From Escherichia coli O157 typing phage 7: a DNA stretch of 64,000 nucleotides. Each line of letters begins with the position of its first letter. Position 1 is the first letter of the stretch. Below the pieces are notes generated by a model that did not search any database, was not told where the DNA came from, and saw only the letters and a list, made by a program, of their open reading frames with translations. Made by a program: the position numbers and the translations under genes. The stretch is from sequence record KP869105, one strand, 5' to 3'. Shown piece after piece: positions 47,332 through 57,594 of the stretch.

Positions 47332-47895
47332 TTACCATTCCAATGCTAGTTTTTTGAGTTGTTTCTGTTCTTTTACGTTCTTAGTCACTTCTTTCAAAAA
47401 ATCATCCGTGACTAATCCTTTAAGTTCTTTTAATACTAAAGGTAGTTTTCCATTTTTAGTAAGAATTGATTTATAGTTAATTGCATCATTTGTATTAACT
47501 TGATAACGCTTAGCAAGTAACTTAATAATCAATACTTCGGTGGAATCTTCAACTAGTTTTGCCCATTTACCATATCTTTTACCACGAGGAACTGCAGCCA
47601 TTAGATAATTAAAATGAGCTTCATCACTTAATCCAGAACCGATTAAATTCATAGCATATACAGCTGGCATGCACTCTGGAAATTGTGATAATGCATTTTC
47701 AACCATGAATTTTGAATAATCTTTTTGAGCAATAGAGCATTTAGTTTTATTATTAATAGCTCCAATTATTTCAAAAAACTCATTTTCAGCTTTTTCTTTA
47801 AAAGAATCAGCAGCGGATTGGACAGCTGTCCAATCTTTTGAATACCAAGCAACTTGATGCTCGTTTAATTGAATATCATCTTCAAATAAGCTCAT
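47332..47895 (-). CDS. 62: Clamp loader small subunit gp62
   Basis: ORF track (GTG) trimmed to ATG 47895 giving 187 aa as T4 gp62. Confidence 0.9.
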   Translation of the reverse strand: MSLFEDDIQLNEHQVAWYSKDWTAVQSAADSFKEKAENEFFEIIGAINNKTKCSIAQKDYSKFMVENALSQFPECMPAVYAMNLIGSGLSDEAHFNYLMAAVPRGKRYGKWAKLVEDSTEVLIIKLLAKRYQVNTNDAINYKSILTKNGKLPLVLKELKGLVTDDFLKEVTKNVKEQKQLKKLALEW

Positions 47896-47896
47896 A

Positions 47897-48856
47897 TCAC
47901 TTCCACTGCATTTCACATGCTAACTGAATGAAAAGATAAGCTAAATGCAATTCAGTATTAGCTGCAATACCATGATACTGATTATTTTCGCCGACAATTT
48001 CGTACATACGAATAATACTCTGTGGAGTTACACGTGAATAGATTTCTTCGGCAAGTTTACCCACGAACCACGAATAATCGGCTGCATATTTTGGTGCTAA
48101 AGCTCTGAGTTGTTTAACATCTTTATTTTTGAGAGACTCAAGAACATCATCAATAGCACCACGATCGTTAGTAACCAGTGATAAAATACCAGCATCCAAA
48201 ACACCTTTAGATGAATAACTATCGAGCTCGCCAATAGTTTTACGAAAATCAGGAAAATTCTTTTTAACCAAAGCTGCTACAACTTTCATATCAGCTATAG
48301 CAATTCCTTCATGCTTGCAGATTTCAGTCAATCGACGAATCATCTGCTTCATCATTTCAATTTTATCTTCATCGGTCGGTTGACCGAACGTAATAACTCG
48401 GCAGCGTGACTGAAGTGGTTTAATAATACCATCAATATTGTTAGCAGTAATAATAATACTACAGTTTGAACTATAAGCTTCCATAAAGGAACGAAGATGT
48501 CGCTGAGACTCTGCTAGCCCTGAACGGTCAAATTCATCAATAACGATTACTTTTTGACGACCATCAAATGAAGCTGCGCTGGCAAAATTAGTCAAAGGAC
48601 CGCGAACGAAATCAATTTTACAATCTGACCCATTCACAAACATCATATCAGCATTTACATCATGACACAATGCTTTTGCTACAGTTGTTTTACCTGTTCC
48701 TGGAGAAGGAGAATGAAGAATAATATGTGGAATCTTACCTTTACTTGTAATAGATTTAAAGGTTTCTTTATCAAAGGCGGGAAGAATACATTCATCGATA
48801 GTAGATGGACGATATTTCTGTTCAAGAATGTGTTCTTTTTCATTTACGGTAATCAT
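47897..48856 (-). CDS. 44: Clamp loader ATPase subunit gp44 (AAA+)
   Basis: ORF track 324 aa trimmed to ATG 48856 with GAGGAAAT RBS giving 319 aa as T4 gp44; Walker A GTGKTT. Confidence 0.9.
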
Positions 48857-48889
48857 AATTTCCTCATTCAAGTTTTAGTGTAAATTATA

Positions 48890-48904
48890 AAGGGCCGAAG
48901 CCCT
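48890..48904 (-). terminator. Hairpin AGGGC-CGAA-GCCCU
   Basis: Member of intercistronic hairpin family between 45 and 44. Confidence 0.4.
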
Positions 48905-48907
48905 CTA

Positions 48908-49594
48908 TTAAAAATCGTGGGTAGAATCAGCTTCAAGAGCTACTACATAATTCGCGTGTTCACCTTCAAATTTAGCAGCACCTTGTTTACCTTTTGCCCA
49001 GAGCAGAAGTTTATAATTTCCTGGTTGCATTTTCATATTTGCCATATTGATAATAAAATTAAATGTATTTTCACCATCATAATCACCAAGAGTCAAAGAA
49101 TATTTAACACGGGTCAGAGCAGAATCTTCTACTTTATTAAAACCGTTAATTACGATTTTACCTTCTTTTACCGTGATAGCAATTGTATCAATTTGCAGAC
49201 CACGAGATACACGCAACAGTTGTTGAAGGTCTTCAGCTTTAATTTCAGTAACAACAGATGCTACCGGGAATGGAATTGGTTTATTAGGAGCAACTACTGT
49301 ACTCGGATCGGCTGCTGGCCAAAAAATTGTTGAACGAGCATCAGCAATTTTAATATTACCATCTTCTGACTGGGAAATTTCTGCATCATCATTAACTAGA
49401 GACAGAATACCGAGAAAACCGTTCAAATCGTAAATTGCTACATCAAAATCAATAACGTCAGAAATATTCGCTTCTGCATAAGTTGTACCATTAACCGCAC
49501 GAGTCATAATAAATTGACCGGATTTAAGCATAATACCAGAGTTAATAGTAGCGAAATTTTTCAGCAGAGCAGTAGTATCTTTAGACAGTTTCAT
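48908..49594 (-). CDS. 45: Sliding clamp gp45
   Basis: 228-aa ORF, identical length to T4 gp45. Confidence 0.95.
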   Translation of the reverse strand: MKLSKDTTALLKNFATINSGIMLKSGQFIMTRAVNGTTYAEANISDVIDFDVAIYDLNGFLGILSLVNDDAEISQSEDGNIKIADARSTIFWPAADPSTVVAPNKPIPFPVASVVTEIKAEDLQQLLRVSRGLQIDTIAITVKEGKIVINGFNKVEDSALTRVKYSLTLGDYDGENTFNFIINMANMKMQPGNYKLLLWAKGKQGAAKFEGEHANYVVALEADSTHDF

Positions 49595-49623
49595 GTAATT
49601 TCCTTCAATTCAAATGAGATTTA

Positions 49624-49649
49624 ATTTTATAACTAATTAAATAAAGCAA
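49624..49649 (-). promoter_or_regulatory. Middle promoter (MotA box TTGCTTTA, 12-bp spacer, TAAAAT) upstream of gene 45
   Basis: Minus strand TTGCTTTATTTAATTAGTTATAAAAT; exact MotA-box consensus. Confidence 0.5.
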
Positions 49650-50039
49650 TTAACGATTAAAATCAGCTGCGATTGTTTCGGCAACAATTTGAGCAGCAAC
49701 AATTAGACGTTCATCTGCATTACCGCAATATTCATCTTCAAGGCGTTCACCACATGAAGTCATAATAAATTTAGCACCGGCGTTTAGGGATTCTGTAGTA
49801 TGTTTGCGCATTAGTTCAATCCATTTATTACTTACTTCACGATCGATAGCTTCATAATACGCATGACGAGCAGGTGCAGATTTAATTTTATTCTGAATAA
49901 CTTCCATTGCGTTATCAGAAAGAGACAAAACCCATGCTCGACGAATTTTATTTTGGTTTTGCGGATTTGAGTCAGAACGCACGTGTTTTGGCTGAATATC
50001 TTTTACATCAACAGTATAATTCACAGTAATTTTAGTCAT
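49650..50039 (-). CDS. rpbA: RNA polymerase binding protein RpbA
   Basis: 129-aa ORF, identical length and position to T4 RpbA. Confidence 0.85.
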   Translation of the reverse strand: MTKITVNYTVDVKDIQPKHVRSDSNPQNQNKIRRAWVLSLSDNAMEVIQNKIKSAPARHAYYEAIDREVSNKWIELMRKHTTESLNAGAKFIMTSCGERLEDEYCGNADERLIVAAQIVAETIAADFNR

Positions 50040-50048
50040 AATACACCT

Positions 50049-50237
50049 TTAGTCATAATAATCAGTAACAGTCCAAGCTTCATTTCTATTGGACATTATT
50101 TTTGTATATTCTGCTTTAAATGCATTCCTAAGCATAGATTCAGTAACTATATGCTCTTCATTAGAAAAATTATTTCTCAGAATATATCGTTTTATTTCAG
50201 GAATAGTTAATAGATGTTGTCCAGTTGAATATTCCAT
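50049..50237 (-). CDS. Hypothetical protein (62 aa; 45.2-like)
   Basis: ORF in track between 46 and rpbA. Confidence 0.5.
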   Translation of the reverse strand: MEYSTGQHLLTIPEIKRYILRNNFSNEEHIVTESMLRNAFKAEYTKIMSNRNEAWTVTDYYD

Positions 50238-50292
50238 GTTTTTCCTCCATAGAGATTATACTCTAATAAATTAAAGCATAATCTCTTATAAA

Positions 50293-51975
50293 TTAAACCA
50301 TTACAGTAAATCGACCAACTTTCTTCATTTGAAGATGCTGACCGTATGCTTGCGGGTCATGGTCTCTATGCGAAATAACAAAAACATTAGTATTTTTTAA
50401 ACTATCTAAAATAGTTGAAATAGCTTTTACACCTTCAACGTCGGTCGCTGAATCAAAAACTTCATCAAGAATTAGTGTGTTTATTTTAACACCTGAAACT
50501 TTTTCAGCAATATCACGCCAAGTAAATAAAAGAGCAATATCAATTCGCGCTTTTTCACCTTGACTGAATGAAGCATAACTAAAATCTTCACGACCACGGG
50601 ATTTAATTGTCTCATTAAATTCTTCATCTAATGTAAACACATAATCCGCTTCCATTATTTTAAGATAATGGTTAATCTGCTTATTAAATAATGGAATGTA
50701 CTTTTTAATAATAGCACCTTTAATACCAGAATCTTTGAGCATATCAGTCAAAATTCCTCGGTGGTATTTTTCCATTACTAAATTAGTTTTTGTCTTAACA
50801 ATTTTATCAAGTTCTTCTTGAAGCAGTGCTATTTCATCAGCATGGTCAATAAACTCAGAAGATGCTTTTTCTATAGCTGCTTTAACTTTTTTAGCTTTAT
50901 CTACCGTCGTGATTAGAGATTGCTTTTTATTGCGAATATCATTTGCCAACGACTGCTGAGTTTTAATATTATCTCGGTATTCATCAACAAGAACTTTTAA
51001 ATTATCACGGTGTGTTGAAAGCTGTTCAAACGAATGCGTACATTCAGAAACTTTATCTTTAATTTTAGAAACAACTTTATCACCGGAACTTAATTGTGAC
51101 AAACAGGTTGGACATAATCCACCTTCGTGATACATATTAATGACTTTATTGTACGAGTCAATTTTTGATTTAATTAAAACTGCTTCTTGACCGATTTTAT
51201 TAAATGCATCAGTCGGGTCTTCGTCTAAAACAATATTAACTAATCTTTCATTAGCTTCTTCTATTTCCGATTTTAGCGTTCTAGCTTCTTTTGCCAAATC
51301 ATCGTACATATTCTGCAGACGAGTAAGATTGTCACCCGTTAATTTTTTCTGGCGTTCAACGTTATCATTATATATTTTAATTTGTTGGATAATACTATCT
51401 TTTTTAACATCAAGCACTTGGTTCTGCGAATTTAATTCGCGTATTAGTGCTTTATTAAGCTTATCCATTTCAGCTAATGTTCCTACCTCAAGCAGGTCTT
51501 CCACAAGCTTTCTTCGTGCAGGGGTCGACAAACCCATGAAAGGGGTATACCCTGCTGTACCAAGGACAACAATCTGCTTGAAACTGGCATATGACATTCC
51601 GATAAGCTGTTCAAATTCTGCTTGGAAATCTTTACTGCTGGCAGATTCATTAAGACGTGTACCATTAATGGTGATTTCGAAAACGTTTGGTTTTTGTCCT
51701 CTTTTGATATAGTACTTTTTCTCATCATATTCCATCCACAGTTCAACTAAAAGTTCTTTCTTATTTGTGCTGTTTATTAATTGACCTTTCTTTACATCAC
51801 GAAATGGCTTGCCAAAAAGCCCAAATGTGATGGCTTCTAACATAGTAGACTTACCACCGCCATTTCGTCCAGTAATAAGAGTTTTTTGAACCTTATCTAA
51901 TTGAATGTCAATAGGATTTCCACCTACTGACATTATATTTTGATACCTAACTCGGTTTAGTTTAAAATTCTTCAC
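50293..51975 (-). CDS. 46: Recombination endonuclease subunit gp46 (Rad50/SbcC-like ATPase)
   Basis: 560-aa ORF, identical length to T4 gp46; Walker A GRNGGGKST, coiled coil with CPTC zinc hook. Confidence 0.95.
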   Translation of the reverse strand: MKNFKLNRVRYQNIMSVGGNPIDIQLDKVQKTLITGRNGGGKSTMLEAITFGLFGKPFRDVKKGQLINSTNKKELLVELWMEYDEKKYYIKRGQKPNVFEITINGTRLNESASSKDFQAEFEQLIGMSYASFKQIVVLGTAGYTPFMGLSTPARRKLVEDLLEVGTLAEMDKLNKALIRELNSQNQVLDVKKDSIIQQIKIYNDNVERQKKLTGDNLTRLQNMYDDLAKEARTLKSEIEEANERLVNIVLDEDPTDAFNKIGQEAVLIKSKIDSYNKVINMYHEGGLCPTCLSQLSSGDKVVSKIKDKVSECTHSFEQLSTHRDNLKVLVDEYRDNIKTQQSLANDIRNKKQSLITTVDKAKKVKAAIEKASSEFIDHADEIALLQEELDKIVKTKTNLVMEKYHRGILTDMLKDSGIKGAIIKKYIPLFNKQINHYLKIMEADYVFTLDEEFNETIKSRGREDFSYASFSQGEKARIDIALLFTWRDIAEKVSGVKINTLILDEVFDSATDVEGVKAISTILDSLKNTNVFVISHRDHDPQAYGQHLQMKKVGRFTVMV

Positions 51976-52235
51976 AAAAGATTCCTTTTAATGTATCTTT
52001 TAGACCATTCTATCATATCATCATAATCTAAAAAGTATTCATCAAATTCAGCCATGCAAACAACGCCTTGTGCTGCTTTTGATGTGATATAAATTATTCC
52101 AACATATCTAGAATCTTCTTCTGTATAATCAATGTTTGCTATGAATTCATCATTAATGTCAAATGTCGAAAACTTCACAGTATGCATCCTTAATACAAGA
52201 TACAGCCATATCTCGTAATGATTTAGGTGTGTCAT
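51972..52235 (-). CDS. Hypothetical protein (87 aa; 46.1-like)
   Basis: ORF in track. Confidence 0.55.
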   Translation of the reverse strand: MTHLNHYEIWLYLVLRMHTVKFSTFDINDEFIANIDYTEEDSRYVGIIYITSKAAQGVVCMAEFDEYFLDYDDMIEWSKRYIKRNLL

Positions 52236-52422
52236 TATCTAAAATGTTGAAGTTAAAAGATACAGCCCAGTCAGTGCAGACTGTAACCTTTTTAATACAA
52301 TTATCTTCAACCTCTAACGGTTCAAACCAATATTCAATAATTTCTTTATGCCCAATATCATCTTTTACTTCGCATTCAAAATGCTGACTCATCATAACAT
52401 TTTTAAATTCATCAAAAGTCAT
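52159..52422 (-). CDS. Hypothetical protein (87 aa; 46.2-like)
   Basis: ORF in track. Confidence 0.55.
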   Translation of the reverse strand: MTFDEFKNVMMSQHFECEVKDDIGHKEIIEYWFEPLEVEDNCIKKVTVCTDWAVSFNFNILDNDTPKSLRDMAVSCIKDAYCEVFDI

Positions 52423-53438
52423 TGTGTTGCCTCTACATATAGCTGATTTGCATATTGAATAAGTGCTTCGCGGTCAGAATCAGTGATGTCTGGAATTGCA
52501 TTAATGTATTCTTCCATTAATGTCTGAAGCGATTGAACTTCAACTTCTTCACTGTCATCTGACTCGACAGAGTTATCAATCTTTGACACAACTCGTAATG
52601 AATGCACAACTTTTTCTAGTTCAGATTCGAACTTCGTCAGATTTTTGTCTACTTCAGTTACTATAACACGTACTGATAGATTTGTAAAATCTTTATAGTC
52701 AATTTTTCCTTTAAATGGATAATGAATTCTACGATGCCAGGTAGTATTGTTTGGAATAAATTCCATTCGTTCTGTTTCTGTATCAAACATCCAGAACCCG
52801 CGAGGGTCATTCTCGTCACCTGCAGTTAGTGTCCATGGTGTCCCAATATATCTGACGTTTGCAGCCTCAGAAATAGTATGGAAGTGACCAGACCACACTT
52901 CTTTATAAGTCTTAAGGAAATCAGGTTCAAGACCGTGAGATTTCATTCCTTTATAAAAATAAAATCCATTCAGTTCCCAGTGACCAACACAAAAAGAAGC
53001 AGATGAAGTTTTGATGTGTTCAAGAATTTCACCAGTATTTTCTTCACACATCCAAGGAATTAAATCAATCAAACATCCGTCAAAATCTACTGTAGTAGGC
53101 TTATCATATACTTTAACATTAGGATATTTAGCCAAAAGCTCAGTAGAGGCATTTGGATGCATTACATTTTTGTAGTGGAGATCGTGATTTCCTACAATAG
53201 TATGTAATGTGATTCCAGCATCATCAAGCATTTGAACTATTTCACGAGCAAACTCCATAGTTTTATGCGTGATTGCTTTTCGCACATCAAAAATATCACC
53301 GTATTGAATCCAGGTAGTAATTCCATTTTTCTTAGAATATTCTATCGCTTGCTTAATTCCATCCAACTGAATGGATTGAACCCACTCATCATCGGCTTTA
53401 ACGCCTAAATGCCAATCACCTAAATTTAAAATTTTCAT
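52419..53438 (-). CDS. 47: Recombination endonuclease subunit gp47 (Mre11/SbcD-like)
   Basis: 339-aa ORF, identical length to T4 gp47; phosphoesterase motifs GDWH, GNHD. Confidence 0.95.
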   Translation of the reverse strand: MKILNLGDWHLGVKADDEWVQSIQLDGIKQAIEYSKKNGITTWIQYGDIFDVRKAITHKTMEFAREIVQMLDDAGITLHTIVGNHDLHYKNVMHPNASTELLAKYPNVKVYDKPTTVDFDGCLIDLIPWMCEENTGEILEHIKTSSASFCVGHWELNGFYFYKGMKSHGLEPDFLKTYKEVWSGHFHTISEAANVRYIGTPWTLTAGDENDPRGFWMFDTETERMEFIPNNTTWHRRIHYPFKGKIDYKDFTNLSVRVIVTEVDKNLTKFESELEKVVHSLRVVSKIDNSVESDDSEEVEVQSLQTLMEEYINAIPDITDSDREALIQYANQLYVEATQ

Positions 53439-53575
53439 ATATCAAGAACCGTCATTGAAATGCAAAATAAAATTATTGAAATAAATCCATCTGGAGTGCT
53501 AAAGAACCCAATCCAACATGCTCTAGTGAATAGATAAAATGCAAGAAAAAGTATCACATATCCAAGAAATATCAT
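53435..53575 (-). CDS. Possible small hydrophobic ORF (46 aa) upstream of gene 47
   Basis: Manually translated MIFLGYVILFLAFYLFTRACWIGFFSTPDGFISIILFCISMTVLDI; stop overlaps gene 47 ATG; its ATG overlaps a -10 box so expression is uncertain. Confidence 0.3.
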   Translation of the reverse strand: MIFLGYVILFLAFYLFTRACWIGFFSTPDGFISIILFCISMTVLDI

Positions 53576-53616
53576 TATATCAAACTCCGTATAAAGCTAA
53601 AGGGCCGAAGCCCTTT
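53574..53616 (-). promoter_or_regulatory. Hairpin terminator plus MotA-box-like AGCTTTA and TATAAT (module also seen upstream of gene 39)
   Basis: Minus strand AAAGGGCTTCGGCCCTTTAGCTTTATACGGAGTTTGATATAAT. Confidence 0.45.
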
Positions 53617-54817
53617 ATTTTGTAATAATGTCAAACTGTTCTTTAAAGCAGAAGCTTGAATCTTGATGCTGATACAAAAATTCATATGCTTTTTCTCGCT
53701 CACGGTCATAAAGAGCTCGGTCAGATGACAGTTCTTTAATACGTTCAAACGTTGATTCCATATCATTTTCATCAAACCAAACGATACCGCTATCATGCGA
53801 AATTAGCGGAGTATTATCAACACGGAATTTTAAATTTTCGCCAGTAGATTTCCAAAATACCGGAATTGTTCCACATGCACCAAGCTCGAGATGAGTATAT
53901 TCTAAAGAACGCTGTAGATATTTTTTATCCAACTTACTCAGCTGATAACCAAATCCGGATTTACTCATGCGTTCAAGCATTTCGCTATTTACATAACGGT
54001 CAAGAATTTGCGTTGGCAAATTAGGAGCAATTTTAATTTGGTCTACTTGATGAAGACGATAATACTCGTATGGAATTCCTTTTTCTTTAATAGGAATGAA
54101 CGCTGGAGAACGTTCCAGACCTTCCATAATAGTACTTAGTCCTGCAGGTTTAAGATGTTTTTCGTGAAAATCAAACATCTGATAAAAACCTTTCCATGTA
54201 GTCGTACGACCAATCCAACGGTTGATATTCATGTTAATTTCAGAAACATCTTTCCAGTAGGTTGATCGAACCTTCGCAATATCCATAGGAGGCTGAAAGT
54301 TGTATACGGTCGGTGCTTCTTCAATATCATCAAACAGAGAAACTGTTTCTGGATACCATTCTTTCATCAGAACTTTATTAAAATCGCCATTATCAGAATG
54401 ACTAAAAATAACATCAGCTCGACGAACAGTTTCTTCTAATCCCAAATTTCGGCGCAAAGAAAGAGAAGAATGGTCATGTTGATAAACTACAACACGAACC
54501 GAAGGTTTAATGTTATCAATAATTTTTTTATAGTTATTAATGGTGTCTTCTTCTACTGAAGTAGCAGGAACTGAATTGATAATTAGAATATCACAATCAT
54601 TTACCAGCTTAAGTGTTTTATCGTATTCTTTTGCCAATAAAACTGGAATTGAAAATGACTTATAATCATGCGCGCAATTACGAGTAAATGATTTATCTTT
54701 AGCATAAACCAAAGTTACTTCATGACCATTTTTAATAAACCAATCACGCTGCTCAAGAGAAAATTTAGTTACACCGCAACCTTCAAGACCTCGAGCCATA
54801 AAAATACATACTTTCAT
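53615..54817 (-). CDS. agt: DNA alpha-glucosyltransferase (alpha-gt)
   Basis: 400-aa ORF, identical length to T4 AGT; N-terminus M.ICIFMARGLEGCGVTKFSLEQRDWFIKNGHEVTLVYAKDKSF. Confidence 0.9.
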   Translation of the reverse strand: MKVCIFMARGLEGCGVTKFSLEQRDWFIKNGHEVTLVYAKDKSFTRNCAHDYKSFSIPVLLAKEYDKTLKLVNDCDILIINSVPATSVEEDTINNYKKIIDNIKPSVRVVVYQHDHSSLSLRRNLGLEETVRRADVIFSHSDNGDFNKVLMKEWYPETVSLFDDIEEAPTVYNFQPPMDIAKVRSTYWKDVSEINMNINRWIGRTTTWKGFYQMFDFHEKHLKPAGLSTIMEGLERSPAFIPIKEKGIPYEYYRLHQVDQIKIAPNLPTQILDRYVNSEMLERMSKSGFGYQLSKLDKKYLQRSLEYTHLELGACGTIPVFWKSTGENLKFRVDNTPLISHDSGIVWFDENDMESTFERIKELSSDRALYDREREKAYEFLYQHQDSSFCFKEQFDIITK

Positions 54818-54870
54818 TTAATATCCTCTTTGTTTTGGTTTATTTTACCAAAAATTTATAAAGCAATATA

Positions 54871-54888
54871 GGAGCCGAAGCTCCTATC
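54871..54888 (-). terminator. Hairpin UAGGAGC-CGAA-GCUCCUA
   Basis: 7-bp stem with GNRA-like loop upstream of alpha-gt. Confidence 0.4.
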
Positions 54889-55060
54889 CGCATAATACGC
54901 CATACAGAGGCTCATTAGAGCTTCTAAATTTTATGCGCTTATATGTTATAGTTCCTTCTGCTTTAGCTTTATCATGAGACTCTTTAAAGCGTCTCATCAT
55001 TTCCTCTTTAGAGGAACGAATTTTATTATAATCTATTTCAGAAGTCTGGATGTTCATCTT

Positions 55061-55267
55061 TCACAGTTGCCACCATTTTTTGACTTGATAAGAATCAACC
55101 CACACTTTCATATTAGGGTCTGCTCTTACAATAGGAGGATTAACTTCTTTAATTGAACTATCATGGTATTCTTTTTCAGAAATTTTCACACAAAGATGAC
55201 CATTCAAAGATTCAGTAAATCCTGCATTAATTTTAAGACGCTTGAATTTTACGTGTGTAAGCATCAA
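55061..55267 (-). CDS. Hypothetical protein (68 aa)
   Basis: ORF in track. Confidence 0.5.
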   Translation of the reverse strand: MMLTHVKFKRLKINAGFTESLNGHLCVKISEKEYHDSSIKEVNPPIVRADPNMKVWVDSYQVKKWWQL

Positions 55268-55550
55268 TCATATCCTCAATCTGCGATCTAGTAGTCTTCC
55301 AAAGAATACTGATGAGTTCATCGTTATATGGCTGTTTTAGAATATCCCGACTTTTCTTGATAGCATATTCGTATTGAGCAAAATTATTGTTTTCAGCTGC
55401 AATCTGAGCGTGCTTATAAAGACGATTCAGTTCACGTTTGTTTTTAGACAATAACTTATTTGCTTTTCTTTCTGCTTCAAGACGGTTCTTTTCTTCAATA
55501 GAAGAAATAAGCTTTTCCACTTCATCATTAATTTCGGGTTTATCAGTCAT
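55233..55550 (-). CDS. Hypothetical protein (105 aa)
   Basis: ORF in track. Confidence 0.55.
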   Translation of the reverse strand: MTDKPEINDEVEKLISSIEEKNRLEAERKANKLLSKNKRELNRLYKHAQIAAENNNFAQYEYAIKKSRDILKQPYNDELISILWKTTRSQIEDMIDAYTRKIQAS

Positions 55551-55551
55551 A

Positions 55552-55770
55552 TTATTTCTCTAATATAAAATAAAAATCATCATCTGTTAAATGATACCGA
55601 TAGTTTAATTCTACACCATTAGATTTAAAAGCGGTATCATACGGATTTTCTGGATCAATATCAATGTCAAGAGCTAAAACTTCCCTGAGATACATTTTAA
55701 GTAAATAGGGAATAGCTTCAACTTCAGGTATTTCTTCCAAGAATCCGGAGAGGTTAATCGTTAGCCTCAT
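55552..55770 (-). CDS. Hypothetical protein (72 aa)
   Basis: ORF in track, immediately downstream of gene 55. Confidence 0.55.
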
Positions 55771-56311
55771 ATAAAAAATCCAAACTAGGAGAATCGTCTA
55801 CAACACTTTTCTTTTCAGCCCCTGGTGTTCTATAGGTTGATTCTTCGTAATGCGTCATTTTATCGTAGATGTCTTGAATAAAAGTTTCATCTACTAACGC
55901 AACCATATCGTCGTCACGACTGTCATAGACATTGTGAACGAAGTAACTATATTTCTTTGCAACTTCCTTACGTTCTTTTTTAATACGTTGGACGAATGCA
56001 TTAAAACAAGCTTGAGTTATATATGCATGCGGGTTTTTATATTTCGTTTCATCAAAATTATGAAGCCCCTTAATAGAAGCTTCTATACCATCTGCAATCA
56101 TTTCTTGTTTCCAAGACTGGGTGTATCCTGAAAAGTTGAAACGTTTAGATAAGCCTTCTGCAATAAGCATAATGGCTAATCCGATAGTATCATTCTGACG
56201 AACTACTTTATTTGGGTCTTTATTATTTGCTAATTCTGTTTTCCAATCAATAATAGCTTGTAAAAGCTCTTTATTGTTTACGTAATTATATTTAGGCTTA
56301 GTTTCTGACAT
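55754..56311 (-). CDS. 55: Late sigma factor gp55
   Basis: ORF track (GTG) trimmed to ATG 56311 with AAGAGGTGAAA RBS giving 185 aa as T4 gp55. Confidence 0.9.
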
Positions 56312-56389
56312 TTTCACCTCTTAGCTCAATTCATAGATCTATTATATCATAATATTTGAAGATCTATCTTAAAGCATAGAGGATATCAG

Positions 56390-56659
56390 TTATCTAAGTA
56401 AGCAGTATGCTTGGAACACTTTCTCCATCATCTTTTTAAATTCATGAATATCTATATAATGACTAGTTAAATCAGCATGATATAAAAAGTCTAAAAACTT
56501 TTCATGTGTGCTAACATATTCACTTTCATTTAATTCAGAAATATGACTTTCCCAATATCCAACACCAGTCTTATTTGGGAAAAATGAAATTTTCATGCAT
56601 TGATCAACATAGAAAATGCCATAATTTTCAATAGTAATAGAAATATTAATAAATTTCAT
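56390..56659 (-). CDS. Hypothetical protein (89 aa)
   Basis: ORF in track. Confidence 0.5.
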   Translation of the reverse strand: MKFINISITIENYGIFYVDQCMKISFFPNKTGVGYWESHISELNESEYVSTHEKFLDFLYHADLTSHYIDIHEFKKMMEKVFQAYCLLR

Positions 56660-56871
56660 ACATTCATCAACTTAGCCGCTTCAAGAGCTGCATCTAGTGA
56701 ATCAAATTGGTCAACATATTCAATCAATTCGCCGTAATTGGCATATAACCACCATTGGCTAAATTCATACTCAAGGATGAATCCGTTTCCTTCAATTTGA
56801 GTTAAACCAATGCCATTTGTATTTACTTCATACCCAGCAAGACGTAAATCGTTAATAAGAGCTTCGTTCAT
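56656..56871 (-). CDS. Hypothetical protein (71 aa)
   Basis: ORF in track. Confidence 0.5.
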   Translation of the reverse strand: MNEALINDLRLAGYEVNTNGIGLTQIEGNGFILEYEFSQWWLYANYGELIEYVDQFDSLDAALEAAKLMNV

Positions 56872-56873
56872 AA

Positions 56874-57201
56874 TTATACCTTAGTAATTTTCAGGTCTGC
56901 AAATTTTTTCTTGCGTTGATTTTTCATGCGACGAATAGTCTTATCGGAAATTTCATGCTTTTGATAAGCTTTAGATTCTACGCCAAAAGCTTTAACATCA
57001 AATTCTGACAAGATATATTGAACCAACAATTCACGGACAGTATTGCGTCCAATCTTCTGATCATTCTGTTTCATCATTTGATGAAGATCTTTTTCCCATT
57101 TATCCAAAATTTGAGGAGTTACAATATCGCCTTTTTTCTAGCAAAGAAACTACTTTATCATATGCGTAAGAATTAATGACGTTTTTAATTTGAATAGTCA
57201 T
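56874..57201 (-). pseudogene. Frameshifted gene (about 108 codons if corrected): ATG at 57201, frame break in homopolymer run 57132-57137
   Basis: ATG 57201 with GAGGA RBS reads 23 codons then hits a stop; deleting one T from the T6 run (A6 on coding strand) joins it in frame to ORF 56874..57107, whose annotated start is a TTG. Confidence 0.55.
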
Positions 57202-57254
57202 ACATTATCCTCAATTACGTTAAAATTTTATTATCCAAAAAAGGGCCGAAGCCC

Positions 57255-57455
57255 TTAGCTAAACTTTTTGGCACCCTTCCAGCCTTCGTACATCATTGCG
57301 ACTGACGATGACAAAGCTCCTTCACATGCTGCATACTTATTATTCCAGAACCAATTTAGAAAAACTTCATCCTCAATACCATTGTGTTTCATGTTCTGGA
57401 AAAATTTGGCGCGTTCTTCAGCAATTCGCTGCGATAATTTAGATTCAGGATTCAT
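57255..57455 (-). CDS. Hypothetical protein (66 aa)
   Basis: ORF in track; hairpin 57241-57256 downstream. Confidence 0.5.
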   Translation of the reverse strand: MNPESKLSQRIAEERAKFFQNMKHNGIEDEVFLNWFWNNKYAACEGALSSSVAMMYEGWKGAKKFS

Positions 57456-57587
57456 TTAAATTTCCCAATTACCATTTTCATCAATAAATTTAATCCAGTC
57501 ATTTACTGACCACTTAGTTGTATCGCCTTTTGGAGTAGCATTTAAAGTATATAGCCCTTGCTTAAAAAGCATTCGTTTGATATTCAT
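57456..57587 (-). CDS. Small hypothetical ORF (43 aa)
   Basis: ORF track 57456..57671 trimmed to ATG 57587 with GAGGAAAAT RBS. Confidence 0.4.
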   Translation of the reverse strand: MNIKRMLFKQGLYTLNATPKGDTTKWSVNDWIKFIDENGNWEI

Positions 57588-57594
57588 ATTTTCC

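Noticed and set aside
53435-53575. Confident call of a 46-aa hydrophobic ORF upstream of gene 47
   Set aside because: Kept only as a low-confidence feature because its ATG overlaps the -10 box of the adjacent promoter-like element, so it may not be on the transcript.
54974-55156. Plus-strand 60-aa ORF between alpha-gt and the 55.x ORFs
   Set aside because: Isolated plus-strand frame in a minus-strand operon, no RBS, overlaps minus-strand ORF 55061-55267.
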